64,000 bases of DNA from Paraphysomonas bandaiensis (taxonomy: Eukaryota; Protista; Chrysophyceae): positions 124,001-188,000 of the forward strand of contig CBFFRP010000217.1 in the NCBI GenBank assembly GCA_965644295.1, written 5' to 3'. The position numbers and the translations under genes are program-made. Positions 27,101-36,100 of the stretch are shown here, piece after piece. Position 1 is the first letter of the stretch, and every line of letters begins with the position of its first letter. The notes beneath the pieces were generated by a model. It worked only from the letters and a program-made list of their open reading frames with translations. It was not told where the DNA came from and made no database searches.

Positions 27101-30100
27101 TGTATCGCTGGAGCGAAGACCTCTCTTGTAGATGTGTGCCTCTCACTGCCTACATTAACTCCAACTCCAAAACCAACTGTTTCACCAACTCTGTCGCCAA
27201 CATTCTCACCGACGGCACTTCCAACGTCATCTCCAACTTTCACTCCCACTATATCACCAACTGAGTCTCCGAGTTTCGTACCGTCGTCGGTACCTTCATC
27301 GTTTCCATCAGAAAGCAACACTCTCGAATGTGTTGATAATTGTACCGATATTATGGTATCACCGACTGATACTTGCTTGTATGTGACACTGATTGATCGC
27401 TTTGGTGATGGTTGGGGCTCGGATGTTGATTTCGAGCATTGGGTGGTAGCTGCTGGTGTTGAGTATACCCCATTAAGCGCCACGGTGGATTGTGATTGTA
27501 CAGTAATTGGTGGCTGTTTGTCTCCCTTAATGGCACTGGGGGATCAGTCGCAATATCTGTCCGTGAGGAGTGATGACAATAGTCTTCCTGATTTCTTTTG
27601 GGAGATTCACTGGACAGTTCAGGTTGTTGAGAATGGAGTGTTTGGACCTAAGTACTACGGTGGGTACAACACTAGTATGGTATTTGATTATTCATCTGCG
27701 GATAATCATTATGAGCTTAGCACGTATGAGGGCTTATTGACATATCCCGAGAGTTGTAGTGAGTATAACTCGACAACAGACTTCACTTCTTGGTATATTG
27801 ACAATAGGCGTTACGATGGCACAGGCAGTGCGTTTAGTGGTCCAGGAGATGCCAGTGCATATTCAGACTCATCATACTTTATCACAAGTGCTGATAACAA
27901 GAATGATTTATTTACATTTAGTTCAACATATTGTCACGCGAGCTGGAAGAATACGGATACTGAGTGTTTTGAATCTGGTCACTATATATTCCGCTCAACG
28001 GGGTTTTGTGACGAAAACTCTGACAATTTCACGTGGTCATTTTGTGGCGAATCTGGTGGCTCTCAGGAACAGTTTGAATTCGAGATAGTTGGTGGGGAAT
28101 GTATCGCTGGAGCGAAGATCTCTCTTGTAGATGTGTGCCTCTCACTGCCTACATTAACTCCAACTCCAAAACCAACTGTTTCACCAACTCTGTCGCCAAC
28201 ATTCTCACCGACGGCACTTCCAACGTCATCTCCAACTTTCACTCCCACTATATCACCAACTGAGTCTCCGAGTTTCGTACCGTCGTCGGTACCTTCATCG
28301 TTTCCATCAGAAAGCAACACTCTCGAATGTGTTGATAATTGTACCGATATTATGGTATCACCGACTGATACTTGCTTGTATGTGACACTGATTGATCGCT
28401 TTGGTGATGGTTGGGGCTCGGATGTTGATTTCGAGCATTGGGTGGTAGCTGCTGGTGTTGAGTATACCCCATTAAGCGCCACGGTGGATTGTGATTGTAC
28501 AGTAATTGGTGGCTGTTTGTCTCCCTTAATGGCACTGGGGGATCAGTCGCAATATCTGTCCGTGAGGAGTGATGACAATAGTCTTCCTGATTTCTTTTGG
28601 GAGATTCACTGGACAGTTCAGGTTGTTGAGAATGGAGTGTTTGGACCTAAGTACTACGGTGGGTACAACACTAGTATGGTATTTGATTATTCATCTGCGG
28701 ATAATCATTATGAGCTTAGCACGTATGAGGGCTTATTGACATATCCCGAGAGTTGTAGTGAGTATAACTCGACAACAGACTTCACTTCTTGGTATATTGA
28801 CAATAGGCGTTACGATGGCACAGGCAGTGCGTTTAGTGGTCCAGGAGATGCCAGTGCATATTCAGACTCATCATACTTTATCACAAGTGCTGATAACAAG
28901 AATGATTTATTTACATTTAGTTCAACATATTGTCACGCGAGCTGGAAGAATACGGATACTGAGTGTTTTGAATCTGGTCACTATATATTCCGCTCAACGG
29001 GGTTTTGTGACGAAAACTCTGACAATTTCACGTGGTCATTTTGTGGCGAATCTGGTGGCTCTCAGGAACAGTTTGAATTCGAGATAGTTGGTGGGGAATG
29101 TATCGCTGGAGCGAAGATCTCTCTTGTAGATGTGTGCCTCTCACTGCCTACATTAACTCCAACTCCAAAACCAACTGTTTCACCAACTCTGTCGCCAACA
29201 TTCTCACCGACGGCACTTCCAACGTCATCTCCAACTTTCACTCCCACTATATCACCAACTGAGTCTCCGAGTTTCGTACCGTCGTCGGTACCTTCATCGT
29301 TTCCATCAGAAAGCAACACTCTCGAATGTGTTGATAATTGTACCGATATTATGGTATCACCGACTGATACTTGCTTGTATGTGACACTGATTGATCGCTT
29401 TGGTGATGGTTGGGGCTCGGATGTTGATTTCGAGCATTGGGTGGTAGCTGCTGGTGTTGAGTATACCCCATTAAGCGCCACGGTGGATTGTGATTGTACA
29501 GTAATTGGTGGCTGTTTGTCTCCCTTAATGACACTGGGGGATCAGTCGCAATATCTGTCCGTGAGGAGTGATGACAATAGTCTTCCTGATTTCTTTTGGG
29601 AGATTCACTGGACAGTTCAGGTTGTTGAGAATGGAGTGTTTGGACCTAAGTACTACGGTGGGTACAACACTAGTATGGTATTTGATTATTCATCTGCGGA
29701 TAATCATTATGAGCTTAGCACGTATGAGGGCTTATTGACATATCCCGAGAGTTGTAGTGAGTATAACTCGACAACAGACTTCACTTCTTGGTATATTGAC
29801 AATAGGCGTTACGATGGCACAGGCAGTGCGTTTAGTGGTCCAGGAGATGCCAGTGCATATTCAGACTCATCATACTTTATCACAAGTGCTGATAACAAGA
29901 ATGATTTATTTACATTTAGTTCAACATATTGTCACGCGAGCTGGAAGAATACGGATACTGAGTGTTTTGAATCTGGTCACTATATATTCCGCTCAACGGG
30001 GTTTTGTGACGAAAACTCTGACAATTTCACGTGGTCATTTTGTGGCGAATCTGGTGGCTCTCAGGAGCAGTTTGAATTCGAGATAGTTGGTGGGGAATGT

Positions 30101-33100
30101 ATCGCTGGAGCGAAGACCTCTCTTGTAGATGTGTGCCTCTCACTGCCTACATTAACTCCAACTCCAAAACCAACTGTTTCACCAACTCTGTCGCCAACAT
30201 TCTCACCGACGGCACTTCCAACGTCATCTCCAACTTTCACTCCCACTATATCACCAACTGAGTCTCCGAGTTTCGTACCGTCGTCGGTACCTTCATCGTT
30301 TCCATCAGAAAGCAACACTCTCGAATGTGTTGATAATTGTACCGATATTATGGTATCACCGACTGATACTTGCTTGTATGTGACACTGATTGATCGCTTT
30401 GGTGATGGTTGGGGCTCGGATGTTGATTTCGAGCATTGGGTGGTAGCTGCTGGTGTTGAGTATACCCCATTAAGCGCCACGGTGGATTGTGATTGTACAG
30501 TAATTGGCGGCTGTTTGTCTCCCTTAATGGCACTGGGGGATCAGTCGCAATATCTGTCCGTGAGGAGTGATGACAATAGTCTTCCTGATTTCTTTTGGGA
30601 GATTCACTGGACAGTTCAGGTTGTTGAGAATGGAGTGTTTGGACCTAAGTACTACGGTGGGTACAACACTAGTATGGTATTTGATTATTCATCTGCGGAT
30701 AATCATTATGAGCTTAGCACGTATGAGGGCTTATTGACATATCCCGAGAGTTGTAGTGAGTATAACTCGACAACAGACTTCACTTCTTGGTATATTGACA
30801 ATAGGCGTTACGATGGCACAGGCAGTGCGTTTAGTGGTCCAGGAGATGCCAGTGCATATTCAGACTCATCATACTTTATCACAAGTGCTGATAACAAGAA
30901 TGATTTATTTAGTTCAACATATTGTCACGCGAGCTGGAAGAATACGGATACTGAGTGTTTTGAATCTGGTCACTATATATTCCGCTCAACGGGGTTTTGT
31001 GACGAAAACTCTGACAATTTCACGTGGTCATTTTGTGGCGAATCTGGTGGCTCTCAGGAACAGTTTGAATTCGAGATAATTGGTGGGGAATGTATCGCTG
31101 GAGCGAAGACCTCTCTTGTAGATGTGTGCCTCTCACTGCCTACATTAACTCCAACTCCAAAACCAACTGTTTCACCAACTCTGTCGCCAACATTCTCACC
31201 GACGGCACTTCCAACGTCATCTCCAACTTTCACTCCCACTATATCACCAACTGAGTCTCCGAGTTTCGTACCGTCGTCGGTACCTTCATCGTTTCCATCA
31301 GAAAGCAACACTCTCGAATGTGTTGATAATTGTACCGATATTATGGTATCACCGACTGATACTTGCTTGTATGTGACACTGATTGATCGCTTTGGTGATG
31401 GTTGGGGCTCGGATGTTGATTTCGAGCATTGGGTGGTAGCTGCTGGTGTTGAGTATACCCCATTAAGCGCCACGGTGGATTGTGATTGTACAGTAATTGG
31501 TGGCTGTTTGTCTCCCTTAATGGCACTGGGGGATCAGTCGCAATATCTGTCCGTGAGGAGTGATGACAATAGTCTTCCTGATTTCTTTTGGGAGATTCAC
31601 TGGACAGTTCAGGTTGTTGAGAATGGAGTGTTTGGACCTAAGTACTACGGTGGGTACAACACTAGTATGGTATTTGATTATTCATCTGCGGATAATCATT
31701 ATGAGCTTAGCACGTATGAGGGCTTATTGACATATCCCGAGAGTTGTAGTGAGTATAACTCGACAACAGACTTCACTTCTTGGTATATTGACAATAGGCG
31801 TTACGATGGCACAGGCAGTGCGTTTAGTGGTCCAGGAGATGCCAGTGCATATTCAGACTCATCATACTTTATCACAAGTGCTGATAACAAGAATGATTTA
31901 TTTACATTTAGTTCAACATATTGTCACGCGAGCTGGAAGTATTCGGAGACTGAGTGTTTTGAATCTGGTCACTATATATTCCGCTCAACGGGGTTTTGTG
32001 ACGAAAACTCTGACAATTTCACGTGGTCATTTTGTGGCGAATCTGGTGGCTCTCAGGAGCAGTTTGAATTCGAGATAGTTGGTGGGGAATGTATCGCTGG
32101 AGCGAAGACAACTGTGGTCCATTTTTGTCCAGAAAGTCCCACTTCATTGCCATCGGTATCTCCAACTTTTAGTCCTACTATTACGTCGTCTCCTACTGTG
32201 GTACCAACTTATTTCATCAGTGTTAATGAAACTGGAGCTGCATTATGTGATATGTCGGCTTCGTTTCGGCTGTATGAATTAGCGGAAAATGGCTGGCAAT
32301 GTGATGAATCGAATCAGCCGATAACAACGAACGACGTTCATGTTTGTGATGATAACTGGAGCGGGTTGGTATGTGACAGTGACAATGAGGTTGTATCCGT
32401 GAGTTTTGCTGGTATGGGGTTGACCGGTACCTTGCCCAGTAGTATTGGGAATTTGAAAGGAATGACGGCTTTAGATTTTTCTGGTAATAATCTCAGTGGT
32501 CCTATACCAGCAAGTTTTTCGAAACTTAGAAATCTGCGCAGCTTAAACCTGGCTGGTAATAATTTTGGGTCTTCAGGTCGAAGAAGGTGGTTGAGTAGCT
32601 CGATGGATGTAGAACTTGCTGTTCGAAGACTTCAAATTGACTACATCGACCCTGCTTTTTCAATATTTTCGAGAATGACATCGTTGACCTACCTTGATAT
32701 AAGCGAAAATGGATACAGGGGCCAGATCCCGGAGTCTATGTGCAATCTTAAAAAGCTATCAACATTCATCACAATATCGGAATCTCCCGCTCCCGGTAGA
32801 GCTAACGATTTTGATTGCGTTGCTCAGTGTTTGGTTTCTAATCCCAAGTTGAATCTGGTGATAGAGGAAGATATAGCGATATGTCCTCCTCCACCAACTG
32901 CATATCCAACAATATCCCCAACTGTAGAAGGTGCTACTAATTCTCCCACGACTGCACCAACAGTTTCCCCGACAGTTGTGCCAACATTGTTCCCAACGAC
33001 AGTTCCAACTGTAGAAGGTGCTACTAATTCTCCCACGACTGCACCAACAGTTTCCCCGACAGTTGTACCAACATTGTTCCCAACGACAGTTCCAACTGTA

Positions 33101-36100
33101 GAAGGTGCCACTAATTCTCCCACGACTGTACCAACAGTTTCCCCGACAGTTGTGCCAACATTGTTCCCAACAACAGTTCCAACTGTTGAAGGTGCTACTA
33201 ATTCTCCCACGACTGTACCAACAGTTTCCCCGACAGTTGTGCCCACATTGTTCCCAACGACAGTTCCAACTGTTGAAGGTGCTACTAATTCTCCCACGAC
33301 TTCACCAACAGTTTCCCCGACAGTTGTGCCCACATTGTTCCCAACGACAGTTCCAACTGTTGAAGGTGCTACTAATTCTCCCACGACTTCACCTACAGTT
33401 TCCCCGACAGTTGTGCCGACATTGTTCCCAACGACAGTTCCAACTGTAGAAGGTGCCACTAATTCTCCCACGACTGTACCAACAGTTTCCCCGACAGTTG
33501 TGCCAACATTGTTCCCAACAACAGTTCCAACTGTTGAAGGTGCTACTAATTCTCCCACGACTGTACCAACAGTTTCCCCGACAGTTGTGCCCACATTGCT
33601 CCCAACAACAGTTCCAACTGTCGAAGGTGCTACTAATTCTCCCACGACTTCACCAACAGTTTCCCCGACAGTTGTGCCAACATTGTTCCCAACAACAGTT
33701 CCAACTGTAGAAGGTGCCACTAATTCTCCCACGACTGTACCAACAGTTTCCCCGACAGTTGTGCCAACATTGTTCCCAACAACAGTTCCAACTGTAGAAG
33801 GTGCCACTAATTCTCCCACTGCTGCACCAACAGTTTCCCCGACAGTTGTGCCCACATTGCTCCCAACAACAGTTCCAACTGTAGAAGGTGCTACTAATTC
33901 TCCCACGACTTCACCAACAGTTTCCCCGACAGTTGTGCCAACATTGTTCCCAACAACAGTTCCAACTGTAGAAGGTGCTACTAATTCTCCCACGACTTCA
34001 CCAACAGTTTCCCCGACAGTTGTGCCGACATTGTTCCCAACAACAGTTCCAACTGTAGAAGGTGCTACTAATTCTCCCACGACTGTACCAACAGTTTCCC
34101 CGACAGTTGTACCAACATTGTTCCCAACGACAGTTCCAACTGTAGAAGGTGCCACTAATTCTCCCACGACTGCACCAACAGTTTCCCCGACAGTTGTGCC
34201 GACATTGTTCCCAACAACAGTTCCAACTGTAGAAGGTGCCACTAATTCTCCCACTGCTGCACCAACAGTTTCCCCGACTGTGGTGGGAGCCACTCTTTCT
34301 CCTACAGTAGTGCCGTCATATTCTCCTTCATGGAATCCCACTATAGTTCCATCACATAAGCCGACAGAAGTACCCACAGTTTCTCCTACTTTACCTGGCG
34401 AAACTAATCAACCCTCGTGTGCTCCTTCTCTCGCTCCTACATTTGAGGGTGCCACAAATACACCTACTCGTATCGCAAACGCTGCTGATATTGCTTTGTG
34501 CAGCTTAATATCTTCCACTAACATTCCTAGTTTGGTTGAAGATGGTGTATTGTCCGGCTGGAAGTGTGGGGATAATTTTGTACCTGAATCACCTAGTGGT
34601 TCTGCGGCTGCGTACTGTGACGATGGGTGGACAGGCGTTACATGCATTGACAACGTAATCGATGCGATAGATTTAAGTGGCTTCGGGATAGTTGGAAGCG
34701 TTCCATTCACGGTTGGAAACTTAGTCTCTCTTCGGTCACTAGATATGTCTGCGAATGAATTCATTGGCCCGTTGCCAACGTCATTGTCGAGATTAGTAAA
34801 TTTGGAATCATTGGATGTGCATGACAATTTCCTAGGGTCTGCATCGATATCATCAGATGGCGATGTAGCTAGGTCCCGTCGACTGCAAAACATTGACGAC
34901 AGTCTTCATATCTTTGGAAATATGGAGTCCCTTTCGTACTTGGACATAAGTGGAAATGGCTTCCAGGGTGAAATTCCAGGTTCTCTTTGTGCCGCCCCCC
35001 TACGTACTTTGAGAGTGAAAGAATTAGAATCTACATCGTATCCTCGAAATGAATTTACATGTATTTCTTCTTGTCTTCTGGCTAACCCGAATCTTATTTT
35101 GGTGATACCATCAAATATACAGGAATGCGTTACTACTGAACCCACTAGTTCTCCAACCAACCCTGCTGCTGGCGCGTTGACTAACTCCGAAGCCTCTCCC
35201 CAGAGCACAACTTCCGTCATTGGGTATGCTGTGGGCGGTTTTGTATTCATTGGATTGGTGATAGTTCTGTGCTTGTTTTTCCGCAAACGCGTGAAAGAGC
35301 AACAAGACCTGAAAGAAGAGGCTTTTAGCAATTGGCAAGAAAAAGAAAAAACTCGGCTTGATATTCATGAGCTGCAGAGTGCATCAAGCTCCAACAATAC
35401 ATCAGACTCGAATAACTCTATATCTTATTCATCTCACTCATCATATTCTGGATCTGGTTCATCCACTGGGTCGGGTTCTCGTGCCTCTGGATCGACAGGA
35501 ATGAAGAAGATGGTTGGTAATGGGTTAGAACTGCGCACTCAGAATAGTGCAGACCTCAGTTTCCCACTTGTAGTTGATTTAGATACCAGTGATGGAGAGA
35601 ATGATAAATTTACGGTGGAGCACAGCGACGATTTGTATGACGATGGTAGCTCGTATGTCACTGGCTCGACGGAGACATCATCCGTATATACTCGCAGCTT
35701 GGACTCCCAGACAAGTCGCACGACCAGTACTCGCAGTAACAGGTCCTGGACTAGTGGGTCGCTTGGACAGAGTGACTCCCGTAGTATTACCAGTGGAACG
35801 TCCTACTCTGGCAGCTCAGTTAGTGGTTCCTCTTTTACGGGCAGTACATGGAGTCGGAGTACTGGTACATGGAGTACTCGGAGCGGCATGAGTCGTAGCA
35901 CAATGAGCCGGAGCTCGGGATTCTTTTCCAGTGGTGTTGATAGTCACATTCCTCCTATCCGTGAGGAGAGGGAGGAAAGTAGTTACACTAATAGTCACAG
36001 CGACACGGAGAGAGGAGACTCCATTACCACTAGTACTTATCCGGAGGACTATGTTGAATATGGTAGGGATGTCTATCACGATGATTCCAGCCTCCGCTTT

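Noticed and set aside
22102-34377. Alternative-frame and antisense ORFs over the giant gene (GV-rich, LLQQ-rich, CCWR-rich)
   Set aside because: Shadows of the repetitive Pro/Thr codons of the 5124-aa ORF.
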